Shown piece by piece: positions 1 to 14,400 of a DNA stretch of 64,000 nucleotides. The position numbers and the translations under genes are program-made. Under the pieces are notes generated by a model. That model had not been told where the DNA came from, ran no database searches, and worked only from the letters and a program-made list of their open reading frames with translations. The DNA lies in NCBI RefSeq assembly GCF_964355755.1, contig NC_092673.1, forward strand, positions 28,703,648 to 28,767,647, in the 5' to 3' direction. The stretch's first letter is position 1. Each line of letters begins with the position of its first letter. The DNA comes from Antedon mediterranea (Eukaryota; Animalia; Echinodermata).

Positions 1-461
1 TTACTGTTTATTGCAGTGACTGTCTCATAAACCTCTTTTCTGAATCAAACTAAAACCATACGTTATTACAGTGAAAATAAATGTTATCAAGCGAATTTAA
101 ATTTAGAATTCCTGGAAATGGCATTCGATACCGTCGTACAGAAATGAATTGATTGGGATCACGTTCGGCCAGTTTTCCTTATACAGTATGCCAAAATCCT
201 AACAATTTATCTTAACAATGTTTTCAACTTCCTGGGAGAGCTTTCAGGGAAAAAAGAGTATTATTTATAATTTTGGTACGTAAACAAACTCATAAATTTA
301 TGTGATCATGTTTTATAAGAATATCAAGCTAAATCATGGATAGGACGTAGGACTAATTTAGAATTTACCGAGATCGTTAGACAAATGTGGGTAGGAGATA
401 AAAAACATAGGAGTGGATGGCTAGAATAGTAGGGTTGTGTGTTGTTGTATACAATACATTA

Positions 462-619
462 AGCTCTGTCTACACTATCAACATTTATGTGAAAACAAAA
501 TGTGATGTGCCCATGGACCACGATGATGTCATATCAATATTTGGGCATATCACTACCATATTTAGCCAAGGCACATCATACTTGTTTTGTCAAAATAGTT
601 TGATAATGTAGACAGAGCT
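462..619. mobile_element. MITE family A (PIF/Harbinger Tourist-like), representative copy
   Basis: TIR AGCTCTGTCTACACTATCAAACT...AGTTTGATAGTGTAGACAGAGCT, flanked by TTA/TAA. Internal 21-bp units ATCACTACCATATTTGGGCAT. About 20 full or partial copies in the window. Confidence 0.85.
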
Positions 620-1492
620 TTAGTCTCCAATTCTAGGGTTGACAGGCACTCGGTTCAACTGTTCTCGGTGATCATGTGAAAAGATAAAACAAATTGAAAA
701 TCGCATCCCTATCAGTCCACGTGAGGTTGTTTCACATGTATTTCTAAGCCCCTCTTTCCCTTTCAAAATAAATACCCATTTCCTTTAAAATATTTCTAAA
801 TGATTCGGCTATAAATGTGGTTGTTTTGCCGCTTTTTTGACAGTATCAATTATAATTCATTTGACAACGTGCTGTTATGTCGGATGTATCGAAGCAAATA
901 AAGTAATACTTTGCCCGCAGTGACAGTCTACATTCTGATACTATTTCTCTACTAACATTGTCACGCATATTATACATGTCATGCCATTTAAATTTGCTTG
1001 GGAAAATACATCAGGAATTATTAAGCATTACGGTAATAAATTTAGCTAATTAAAATGACACATCTAAAAACTTGATCTTATACTTGGACGCAGCGCAAGA
1101 AAACAAGCACAACGCGAGTGATTTGACCAATTACGACGCAATATCTGAACTGTCATTGGTCAACGTACTTGCGCTGCGCGTACGCCTTGGTGCTAAGTCT
1201 AAATGGAAACCAATCAACCAAGCTTTGAGAAAATTAAGCATTCTATTGTGAGGTATAGCAATGCAATGGACAAGATACTCAAATGATAAAAAATACACAA
1301 TACTTTGTACAAATAAGTAGTTAGTTTTATTGATTACAAAAAAAGGTCATTTCAGAGTTTTTAAAATGCTATTTTAGAAGATAATGTTTACAAAATGGTA
1401 ATTGGTGGGTTTAATGCTGGTTATTCATTCTTTTTTCAACTTCTTTATAAAAATATCAATGACGTACCAAGTGCAGCATATGATTGGTGTAA

Positions 1493-1633
1493 AGCTCTTG
1501 TCTACACTATCAAACTTTATGTGCCCATATATGGGCATGATGATGTCATATCACTACCATGTTTGGGCATATCGCTACCATATATGGCCACATCACACCT
1601 TTAGTCAAACTAGTTTGATAGTGTAGACAGAGC
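1493..1633. mobile_element. MITE family A copy
   Basis: Same TIRs and internal GGACATGATGATGTCATATCACTACCAT-type core. Confidence 0.8.
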
Positions 1634-2085
1634 AGTAATGAAGTAGTTATAACAAAAAATTTGGTTGGGGTTTTTTTTTTTAATTTTCTATCTTCGTTTT
1701 TTACTAATGCAAGGCTAACTGTACTATTATAGAGAATATTGGTAACTTTTTAAGCACATTCTCCTGCGATATTTGTTAGTAAAGCACAAATAAAGTTGTT
1801 ACATAAAAATGTCGTTCAATATTTATGGTTGCTGGCTAATTGGTAATAAAAAATCTACAATATTTATGTTTTTTTTACAATTCAACATCTGATATCCTGT
1901 AACCTTGGTACTCTGACTTAACAATGCTATCAATTACAAACATTTTATTTGTTGCAAACAAATAAAATTGTAAAAATAATGCACGTTTGTGGCGTCAACA
2001 CTTTTATTCATATAATCCTTCCTTTCTTTAATTGTTTATAAACGTTAGTGTAATCATGGACCTATGGTGCAATAAAACAAAACTA

Positions 2086-2214
2086 AGCTTGGTTCCCACT
2101 AGAACGCAATGTACGGACGTAAGCACAACGTAAATAATTTGACCAATCACAAGCGACTGTTCATCTTGTAAAGTTAACTTGTGTTTTGCATTCTGTCCTT
2201 GTGAAAACCAAGAT
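2086..2214. mobile_element. MITE family B (palindromic, Harbinger-like) copy
   Basis: TIR AGCTTGGTTCCCACTAG; internal ACGCAA repeats and GACCAATCACAAGCGA. Confidence 0.75.
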
Positions 2215-2271
2215 TAAAGAAAATTTAAGTTAGGCTATAAACGTTTATTTTAATTTTATGAACAATAGTAA

Positions 2272-2421
2272 AGCTCTGTCCACACTACTATCAAACTAGT
2301 TTGAAAAAATGTGTGATCTGCCCAAATATGGTAGTGATATACCCAAATATGATAGTGATATGACATCATCATGTCCATATATGGGTACATCACTTTTATT
2401 TTGTCAGTTTGATAGTGAGCT
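2272..2421. mobile_element. MITE family A copy just 3' of the NUP188 stop
   Basis: Family A TIR and core, in opposite orientation to the 1493 copy. Confidence 0.8.
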
Positions 2422-2496
2422 AAGCTTAAGAGTAGTTCAAACAGAAAAGTTCATTGTAATCTTTACTGACAAATTTATAAATATATACATTTATAT

Positions 2497-5400
2497 TTAT
2501 TTCAAAATTTGATTGACAAATTGCCTGACAAGATTAAAGTAAGCTTGTTCTTGATTGTCTGTGAATGGTCCATGGTGCGATGACGATTTACCAAGAGACA
2601 GCGGGCTTGTCACACCCGGTGACGACACGTTCCCTCCACGCCGAAAGAATCTCTGTAATGTTTGCAGAAATGCGCCCTGATAAAACAATTGTTAAAAACT
2701 TGATTGGTACCGTAAATGAAAATTTAGAAAGTTGGTGGAAAAAATAAGGCAGTGAAAAGACTGCTTTTATAATGAACTGAATGATATTAATAAATACACA
2801 TGAAAACATAATTATGTTGTAAAAATGTAATCATGTATAATAAAATGACATAATAATATTGTATAAACACAACAAACACAGAACAAGAATTCTAAACCGC
2901 ACAGTGATATACCGAAATTAATTAATTTGAAACGATAAATATGAGGAAATCTGTGATAATGAGAAAAAGTTGCCCCAACCGAGATTCAAACCCGGAACCT
3001 TCTGCTTGATTTATAGATGTCCTAACCATTAAAATATATAAATAAAGGTAATACATTTAGTAATTTATTTCTCATTTTCTTTCTTATTGGCACAGAAATG
3101 TTGTGTTGTGTGTTGATATATTGATGGTGTGTGTATAAAAAACACTTGTTTTGATGTCTGAACAAACAAAAACAACAGAGCACAATAACCACAATCTACT
3201 ATACAATCTACAGTAATAATTTGTTTGTAAATTATATGATGGCATGGACTAAGTCACATACATTAAGAAACAAGAGTTGGATACTGGACAGACGCCCACA
3301 GTCTGACTGGCACCAACGCTTCCTGTATAAACACACGAATACCCTTAAAACTGGACATTGTACATTAGTGTCACACGCAACGGGTCAGTTTCATTTGTCC
3401 ATTGGTATGCCCACAATATACAGTAGATATACTATATCTCAAAATGATTTTATTTATATGAACAAAATATAAATATATAAATGGTAAGGATATCAATATT
3501 AAATATTCTTGTGGTTGAAAAAGATATGATTTTTTCTATAAATACTACAACAATTTATGTTAAAAACATGTATTTTGTAACCAAAATTGAAAGTCTTTTT
3601 TAAATGTTGTGAAAAGATATCATTATCAACATAGACATACTAAAAAATGTTTGAAATAAATTTCTCAGACAGAAAAAACACATTTAAACTTTCTCTAATA
3701 AAAGTCAAAGGATATTGTTATAAATATAGAAATTTAAAAAAATAAACAAATAAAGGATGTCGACAAAAATATATTGTGATTTTTGAAAACCTGTAAATTG
3801 ACACGAGAATCTGATTTTGATAACAAGTCACTGAAGCGTGTAAGTTGAAAATCAAGGAACATACTGCACAGTAGCAATGTTATAACAAAAATCAAATCTT
3901 CTCGTAAATGAGCAGAAAGGAAGAGTTGATAAAGAAAAAGGAAACAAGCGATTACCTAAAGGCATTAACCACTAATTAATGTTGTTTAATATTTATAGAA
4001 TGCAATCCATCAGTTAGATAATTAAGGACAAGTAATTAATTGGCTGTATTACTGTTTATTATCATGACCAGGTTTCAAGTAATTTCCTGCCCATGTTATC
4101 TGAATCGCGCATAACCATACACGTTAAAAAACAACAACATACACCTTATCTGCTCATATTCATTCTCTAATCTTGGAAATCATACACGAAGCAATTAAAA
4201 TGTTTTTCAAAATGTGCAATTTTGCATAACAGGTGTGAGATAGCCTTACAGCACCTGTAACTAATTTGAAAAATAATTCCTAAAATATGTAAACTTTTCC
4301 TTTTAATTACAAGAATAGATTTTAAAATGTAAGTAAGTTAAAGTTAAATTAATGTATTTTTTTTTAGAACAGCTAATAAACATCTACAGTTTGAGGAGTT
4401 GTTTTTAGTTTAATTTAAAAAAAAGAAAAACTTACTAATTCTGATCCGAGTTCCCTCTTTAGAAGCTGTTTGTCTCGTTGTCCAACCGACGTAGGCTCCT
4501 TCAGGTAGCGTAGACATTGCGACATTATCAGAAATAACGCATTTTCCAAAACAAACATAACTACAGATCTGTTAAAAAAAACTTTTTTTATATAACCACT
4601 ACTGTACATTATTATTATATCCACAACCATCACATTTCACTATCAATTACTACTAACTACAACTGTTCAACTAACTAAGTAACTAACTGTTAACTAAGTA
4701 ACTAACTGTTAAACTAACCAACTGTTAAATTAACTAATTAACTAACTAACTGTTAAACTAACTAATTACTAACTAACTAACTGTTAAACCATAGAACATA
4801 CATTAAAGACAAGGAATGGTTTAATGTTTTTAATATGCATTATCTTTACTTAAAAAACCTCAGAAATTGCAGGGAATTAATTAATATTATTCTTACCTTT
4901 GGATAGGTGAGTCCTTAAGTGGTACTAGTCTAGCCTGTGGTGACTTGCTCGGTGACCTTAGTGGTGATGTACTTCTAACACCCTCAAGCTACAAATATGA
5001 TACAAATATAAAAGGTAGGAAACATTTTGGCGGTGATATTGATGATAAATATATAAATGGAAGGAAATTTAGTATATGAAGCGGATAAAGAAGTTGATAC
5101 AATAAATGAGATTGACCCAACCTACCTTGCTAAGAAATCTAACACACGTATTGATACAAGCAACAAGAGAACCAAACGATGGAGCCGAGTCGTGATCGAC
5201 TGTTGGACTCGTGAAAGCTAACGCAAATAGTAATGGGTACTCGGATACGTCTATAATCTAAAAGAACAATAATTTTAATTTTATTTAGTAATACATATAT
5301 GATAGTATTTTCTAGATGTAATTGCACTTCACAGTGACCATATTGAATTTTTAAAAAAAAAATATTATAGAATCTTCAAAGATGGATAGACACCAAAGCT

Positions 5401-8400
5401 AGAAACGACCATCTCAAAACTTCACTGTTAATGCCCATTTACACTAGGACAATAACTTTCTAATTTTTTTTGTTTTATGTAAAAAAAATGTATGCTTATG
5501 TATTCATCAACGTCCTAGTGTAAATGGGCCTTTATCCTAGTACAGTAGCTGTGAGTCTCAACCATCACATATGAAACGTTAAAGTACAGTCACCACATAT
5601 ACTAAACAAGTGTTTTCTTATAAAAATGTGCATTATATTATATCATTATTTTATTAGTGGTGGTTTCATCACTGTTGGTTGTGAACTGAATATATTATAT
5701 AAAAACATATTAAACTAAACTAAGGGAATGATATTCGATACTCATGCAGTAAACATAACTCATGACATAATACATATTGAAATATTGTTGTTTTGTGAAC
5801 TGAAATGGGTGTGAAACCTTGACCCTATCTAAGGTTAGAAGGAAAACTCACTGGACTGCAGAGTATTTCTAAGAAATCTGGAGTAAAATGTTTAAGAGCT
5901 GCCAAGCCATTGCCAACGATTGTAAACAACCTGTAAGAAGAAAAATGAAAATAAATGCCATCAAGGAAAAGAAACCTATTAAGACTAAAGTATGTATGTA
6001 GAGTACATACTTTAGAACTATGAAATATATGGTAATGTCTGGGTTGAATATTTCAATATTATGTCATTGGAAATAAAAAAAACATGTCCATACAAAATGG
6101 TGTATAATTAATCCTTTCACTTCGCTTAATCAATTATAAAAACACGAAAAGCGAATCATCTGCTAGAAAATGAAGTCTATTATTTAAATTATGTTACATC
6201 TCTTTGTGAAGCCACCTTTCTTATTTCTAATTCACTTTTATTCATATCTATTGAATGTACAGACAATAAAAAAAGCTCACCCAGACTGCACTGTTTGTAA
6301 TTCTGTACTAGGCAAATCAAAGTCTTCTGTAGACGTCTGGTGTTGCAGTCTAGTTAAACTTCCCATACTGTGTACAATCTGTACTTTGTCATCTTTCCCT
6401 CCTTTCTTGTCAAACTGATAAATGAATTAATATAGTGTTATCAACAAAAAATGTAAATGTGGGGAAATTGCACAGAGGTGTGGACAACACATACAACAAC
6501 TTTCTTCTCCTCTAAAGCTCTGCCTACCTAGGTGACCAAAAAATGTGATATGCCCATATATGGACATGATGATGTCATATCACTACCATATTTGGGAATA
6601 TCACTACCATATTTGGGAATACCACTACCATATTTGGGCATATCACACATTTTTTTTGTTCAACTAGTTTGATAGTGTAAGCAGAGCTTAAGGGTCCCTT
6701 TGTGATAAACAGCTGCCACCAAACGGCACTCACTCCAGGAATGCTTTGCATCTGTGCTAATTGTATAGCTATGGTTTACGGTACCTTTGTGGCCACTCGA
6801 CTCAACATATATATTTTATGATGTTCTAAAATACAGGGAAACATATTTGTTGTAAATAGCATTATTATCTACTAACGTTCGTCGATAAATATTTGTTGCA
6901 ATTTTTTATTTTTTATTTGAATCGCTTTAACAGTATTTTTCACAGCCTATGGTGCTTTTAATAATATTTTAACATTTTAATAGTATTTTAACATTGCTAT
7001 TTGCATTTCGATGTACTTTTGCTTTGTTTTTATTGTCTAAATTATGTAACAAATTTCCATTTTAAAGTGGACTAATACAATTTCTTGAATCATTTGCAAA
7101 CACTCATGTTGACTTGTGGTCAGTCATACACAATAAAAGCTCATCAACAAGATAATGAGTACAGTACCTCTATAAGATGTTGTAGAAGTCTAGGCCTCAT
7201 CAGCAAGGCTATAATATGGTGACACAGGTAGCAGACACTGGCCTGGATCTGCTCAACAGCCTGCGGCATTTGGAACCTCCACTCCTTGAAGTATTTCGAC
7301 AATTGGAATATAAACTGCATTGTTAGATCGCTTTCCTTCTGACATGATGTAGTGTAGTTGCTTTCAACTGCTTTCAGACACTGAAAACGTGAATCAAGCT
7401 ATTATTAGTAATCTTATACATGGTAAGATCATGGAGGAAAGATATACACATATAGACATTGTGTTTGTTTTAGTTACTCCAAAACACAGAAATCGTCAAT
7501 AGAAGTTGGAGATGCTCACACTCGCCAGCGGTACAATGGACTATACACAGAGGCTTCCGGAAATGATAAGATCAGCACGCAAGGATGCATATTGTAAAAT
7601 TGTAGCATAGGATGTTTTGTTTTTTAATTAGGTTATAAACAAAAATCAGACCAAAGCATCTCCTATATATTTCTTTCATGGTAAGATTAAACATAATAAT
7701 GATTACCCTGGTAAGGTAGTTCTTACCCTCCAACTATAGGGTTAACTGTGCCTGGGGAAATATCTAAGCCTAACAGCACTACGAGTTTTTAAATTGTATT
7801 TTTGAGTATTATATTTTCTGTTCGCACTTTCGGCACAAGCTTTGCTTTTTTAAATCTGTGCCCCCTTCAAGTTGTATATTGTAAGAAATGATATTTATGT
7901 TTGTTTATGAATGAATGAAATATATGTTATTTTGATTGATTAATGAGATCATGAGGCTAAGGGTAGCAGAAAAAGGGCCAAATTGAGGCGTGGAATACAA
8001 ATGCTCTTAGATGCCTGAAAATATGTGCTATGATAAGTGAGATTTAATGTTGTTATAAGAGTTTGAATACTGTATATTTTAATTTGTATTAAATAGGGCC
8101 TCTCAATATCAGTTAACCCACTGGGCTAAACTGGAAGGGTTACCCTCTTGATGGTTGAAATAAATAAAATATTATAATCTTACCTGTTGCATTCTGTCAT
8201 GATGGACTCCAAAAAAGTTTAGCGCATCCGTCAGGAAGCCATGTTTTAACGTTGTGAGCATACCAGTCATTAGGGATAATGACAATCTGTAAACACCAAG
8301 CCATGTCACACTACTCTCTGTCTTGTCAGCCTGAGAAAAGAGACAAGATTCAGAAATTGCAACATGCAGTTGTGGGTACTGATGGTGAGACTTAAACTCT

Positions 8401-11400
8401 GTCTGTCTAATTTGACAAAAAAGGTGTGATGTGCCCAAATATGGTAGTGATATGCCCAAATATGGTAGTGATATGCCCAAAAATGGTAGTGATCATCTTG
8501 TCCACATTTTGTTGTCACATAAAGTTTGATAGTGTAGACAGAGCTTAAAGGCAAAATAAGTGTGCTATCTTAGTGACCTTAACTCATTCATACATTCATT
8601 CAAACTGCATATAAGAGGGAACTCTGGATAACAATGCAACCAGACATGATATTAGAAGAAGCAGCCTAGATTAGTCTCTACTGGACTGGACTAAGAAGCT
8701 ACTAATATTAACTAAAGAAATTACCTTAGTTGTTTGTGGTATATTGTTAGTGTAAACTCGACTCAATGGTAAGCATATATGTTGAATAAGACCAGTCACT
8801 TGCAATCCCTCAGCAGCCTAAACATTTAATAAAATCAAAGACAAATATTTATAAAATTAAATGTTGTGATTGCAGTCTGTTTATAGTCTAAACATAAAAA
8901 GCAAATAAAATCTTTTTCCTAATGTTGACAATGCTGATGACCATAACTTACCTCGGGGAAGGTAGCGATGTCTAAAAATAGCAAGAGGACTGATTCAACG
9001 TATTCCAAACCTTTCATAGACTAAACAAACAAAAAATAACATTCAGTAAATAGTATGTAAAAAATGAACAGTACTTTTTTTAAATCGATTTTTAATTTTA
9101 AAACTAGAAATTACAACACACGAAACTCATGCCTATCTTATATCACCAAGTACTCTCACTTGACTGAGGAGGGGTTAGTGTCACCCAAAGCTCTGTAATT
9201 TCTTTCTGGTAGTTGTACTTTATCGTTTTGATTGAGCTCTTTGCTTAATAGCCACATCATTGTCATTTTTGTCAGTAATTTGTAACTTTTGATTTATATA
9301 TTACAACACATGTAGGTATAGACCCACCCACACCTACAGAGTAATGATTAATCAAATTCATCCATAGGCTTTTAACTGATTGATGCTAAAGTCCTATAAT
9401 AATATCCTGGATTGATAAATCGCCTAATGTTGTGAAACCTCTAAGCGCTGAACATTATTACCCCAGTCATTTTTTTTGATAAAACACGTATGGAAACATA
9501 CTCCCATAATGCAGCTAGTAATCAGCGCAAAGTTGTGTCTTGATCTAACCGGGTTCCCATTTATACTTCTGGGTGGAGAGAGGCAAGCGTAAGTAAAGTA
9601 TCTTGCCTAAGCAATGCGACGAGAGTTGGATTTGAACCTCGATCTCACAATCAGTAGTCGAACGTCCACCACAATGTGCCACACGCCCCATAGGGCATAT
9701 CAAGGATGACCTTACCTCCATACATGCTTGTACAGTTGAGAGGAGCAGCGCAAACACACTCTGTTGCCTTATTATTGGCAACCAACGGTTTTCACTACCA
9801 ACTGATAGAATTAATTCGTCCAGCATATATACTGCAACTATTGGTAACTGTAAAATAATAACTTTCTCAATATTGGAAATGCTTCACAGAATAGGAGTCT
9901 CAAAATAGATGCTCAATCCAATATCACAGTTGAACTTATAAAATCAATAAATAAAAAAAAAATCTCAAGTTTGGTTTCCACTAAGATTCAACGTGAGGGC
10001 GTAGATGCAATGCAAGAGAGTTGACCATTGACATACAGCTGTTCGAATAATCCGTTGCTTATGGTGGGTCAACTCACTTACGTTGCGTTACATACTTATG
10101 TTGCATCTGTAGTGGAAACCAAGCTTAAGCTAAGTAGTTACACCTACAATACACAAAAGTGAAAAGACAAAGCTTATGTCTCTTTGCCCAGGTAACAAAA
10201 CACTACAATCATAGAGGGTCTATACTCTATGCTATAATTGCCTTCCACAATCAAGTACAGAGCTACCCTTACCTGCTCAGACTTTTTCTCTAGTTTTCCA
10301 AGTAATTCCGTGTTATCAACTGTCTTTTCGGATTTTGAAGACGCCTTTTTCATTGCGGCTTTGCTTATTGATGATGCGGTTTTCTGGTAATACATTTTAC
10401 TGTGACGCAGCGATGAACAGATTATTGATAAAAGTCTAGAAATGGTAGTCTCTTCCAAAGCTTTAAGTTAAAAAAAAAGAGAATAGAAAGAGAATTGTGC
10501 AACATGATTTAGCCTTAATATCGGCACAGGTTCAAGCCTCTCCTCGACTTAGTTGTGGTGGTAAACAAGTCCTTTAAGTTAAGGAATTAAAAATGAAGGT
10601 CAAGTGTACACCTCTGGCTCTATAGCTAGATACCCACATCACTGAGAACACCTGTGAGTTATGTACTGGCTGGTCTATGCACCTTAAATTGCTGGTAAAC
10701 GGAAGCAGTGATGTGGGTTCGATTGGTTTTATTTTGGTTTTTGTCAAAATTATCAGTAGTATTTAGGTTTCAAGATTTATATTTTCATATGTTTTTTTCA
10801 TGGTTTTTCACAAGCGCCTTGAGCATTTTTGTGGATATGTGCGCTATATAAATCTTATTATTATTATTATTGCACTTAAAAGAACGTAGTGCATCTTTAG
10901 TTAGGATATGTGGTTACCCAAGTGTACTTCAGTCCCTGTCAGTGTGGACTTACAAATTAGTGTTGTTTATTGGCTGTTCGACACAAATATAGTCTTAACA
11001 ATTCAGCCCAGTTACACTGCAAGGAAGCTTATTTCACCACAATTACATTTTAAACCATAAAAACACACACACACATAGCCCCTGCCACTCACACATTCTG
11101 GGCCCTGTGGGAGAACAGAAGTTTATTAGTGAACAGGCTTCCCAGTATAAAGAATAAAGAAATACAGACCTTTGGGGTTTCGTCCTCTTTGGTATTGTAA
11201 CAAGATAGTGATGGAAGACAACATGACGACTCGTAGACGAATAAATGACATCAGATCCTCATCTGTCAGGTGTTCAGTGATGAAGATCACGTCAACTAGT
11301 TTGTTCCACTGATCGCCATGGAGACTGCAATGAGGGTAAATAAAACAAAATTTGAATAAACATATGCTGGTGACATAACAGAACATACAAACATGAATTT

Positions 11401-14400
11401 TAAAGCCTTGTTTACACTATCAAACTTTATGTGACTAAAACATGTGATGTGCCCACATATGGACATGATGATGTAATATCACTACCATTATTTGGGCACA
11501 TCACACATTTTTTTGGCCAAACTAGTTTGATAGTGTAGACCGGGCTTAAGAGACGGCCAATAATAATGCTCTATTTGTCATTTAGGACTCATACTTGATG
11601 TTATGATTCGTTAATATTATTAATAGTACCTTGGCCATTGTTTCAAGAGACTGAGATACATGGATCCAAGAAGAAGGCAAGCTCTGACATGAAATGTGGA
11701 CATTGCAGCAACGACCTACAAAAAAAACCAAAATACTGTAAATTGCTTCAGCTATAATTAATCACTATCTTTTCTATGAACTTTTAGCGAAATAAATAAA
11801 AAATTTTATTAAGGGAACAGTTTTTAATATACCTGAAATTTAATACTTGATATGATGTCATTCAGAATGATATTCTTGACCTGGTCAGAAGGGTGACCGC
11901 TGGCTGGACCCTGTAAAATAAACAAGAAGCTAATAGTACAATAAGCTATACATTGAACTGGACAAAAAACCATTATTTTGTTATTGTGAAATAATATTGA
12001 AGACAATTATTAAAACTTTACAGAAGCCAAGACAAGAAGAAACATCCTCCAAGCCTGCAGCAGTATTAATCCCTCATCTTCTCTAATAAACACATCCTCC
12101 ACATTGTCCTCCTCACCAGCTCTGTCTTCCATCATGTCTCTGATGATCTACAGAAAACAAAAAAAACGACAAGTTCATGGCATTTAAGTTTGTTTTTTGA
12201 CAACTTTGTGAATTGTTTTTTTCATCTCAGAAACATACAAAGTAGGAATTTGTGATAAGTTGAGAAAAGTGAATAAATTTCAATATATCTTTAGCTAATT
12301 ATCTATATTCTCTGTATTTACACACATTGTATAATAACATTTGAGACTAACATGAGACCATGTTTTAAACTTCTGCTCCTGGTTGAATTTCTTGAGGATG
12401 TCTTGCAGGCCCTTTTCCAGCGATGCTGAACTAGAAAAGAAAAACAATAAATTAATTATAAACAAATCTATTGTTAAGTTTGATATATATTGTTCTTTAA
12501 AAAACCATTTTTTCAATCTTCTATCGACTAAAGCCGAAGTATAGTCGTTATCTCGGAACCGTTTCTATGGTTACCACCAGGTAGGCTTACTTCATCAAGG
12601 CTTCTATGAATGGATGACGAGTTCGGAGCAGAAAAGCTAGTAGACCATACCCAGTACCGTTTTGATTACGATCAATCGGGAAATTACCTCATAATGTTAT
12701 ATAAATGTGTATGGTGGTTAAAATTAGTTTAGAAGTAGACTTTAAGCAGAACTAGCCACTAGAACTATGGGCGAGTGACTTGAGCCTGCGCCGATTTTAT
12801 GTCTTTAGTTTGCGGCGCCTTGCTATTCATTTAGCTACTTGACTTAAGTTTGAGTAAGTTATGGAAAATAAATAATAAAAGGAAGCAAAAATCTGCAAAC
12901 TCCAAAAATCATAACTATCAATTGGGGTATAGTTGCAGATGCTATCACAATGCAGACATCACTAGCTGTACTAACCCTTGGATGTAGAAACACTCCAATG
13001 CCATTAGTTTGAGAGCATAACCACACGCCTTCATTTGTGAACTCATGTCTGTACACTTTGTCAGGTCCTTGAACAACGGAGCACTAATTTCTTTCCAAAA
13101 TTCAGGTCTAAAAAGAAAAGAAAAAAATTAAGTAAAATTGAAATCACAGATATACAGTGATGCATTTTCTTTTCTAATAAGAAATAATAAATATTTTTAT
13201 TACAAAATATGCATAATAGTTGTTTGTTTGTTACCTATCAAACAAATTTATCATCATTTGTATGCTTAATGCTTTTACAAATTCCAAATAAAATAAACAT
13301 TTAAAAAACTACATAAATAATAATAAGAAATAAATACGAAACAAGCTTGTAGTGAATAAATATGAAGTCATCTTAGTTCATCTTGTATTGTTTTACTTTA
13401 TTTAGCTCTACCTCCGTGTATCGAGCACTCTATCCAGGTGATCTGATTTTTATATATTATCTATATATAAATTTACGTAAGGGCAAAAATCGGTAAATCG
13501 CGCCTTACTTCTAGAATTTTTACCCGATGGTATATAAAGTTGGTTTGTACTTTGTATTAATTAATAATTACCAAAAATATAAACGTCGTAGTGGTGTATC
13601 GTGACATGTACTTTAATATTTCAATCGATTATGACAGTGACAGTTTTAACAAAGTATTACATCGCAAATGTTTTACTGTATTTAGAGGTATATTATTTAT
13701 AGGCCTATAAAACATGAACAAAATATTTCGTTAATGAGTGGATAAAGAATATATTTAAAAATTGTTCCTCTTTGTACCTATCCGCTTTCCCATCCCTCAA
13801 CCCTAATGTTACATACAAAACACAAATTGGGTTTCTTTAAATGAGTCCAAATCAAAAATTTGGACTCATTTTGTGATAAGTTTCTCCTTCGGAAGTAATT
13901 CCCAGGGTGCTAATTTTAGTTGACTACATAAATCATCGTGTCTATTTATTCGTTTCTGTAAACGACAATGTATTATAGTCCCGCGGTACGTACATTTGAA
14001 ATCGCCAGTTTTGTTACGCTGAAATTACTGTGTATTTGAGAACCATCTGTGGGCACGACCTAGATGCGAGCGTACCATCTAGTAAATAATAATGAATGTA
14101 TTTTATTTTCTTGTATGCTATGGTATGCTTTGATACTGTACATTAGTAATATTACCTTTCTCTTAGTACAGTCATGGCAGCTTGTTGTCTACCTCGCCAC
14201 AAAGCAAGTAGGAAGCCAATGGCAGCACACTGCAGGTCTGGCGGACAATGCGTTGTACCCTACAATCACAAAAATAACTAACTTAAACAATTTTATTTCA
14301 TTGAAGTATGAATAAAAAGTAACATTATTGTATAGTCAGTTGTCTCACTATAGTAGGACACAGAACAAGGACACAAAACAGATATATTAACCTTAAACTA

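Noticed and set aside
417-2512. Short ORFs with recurring GHDDVISLPYLGISLPY / PKYGSDMTSSCPYMGTSH peptides (also 8172, 31175, 41078)
   Set aside because: They are translations of MITE family A and its 21-bp repeat, not a gene family.
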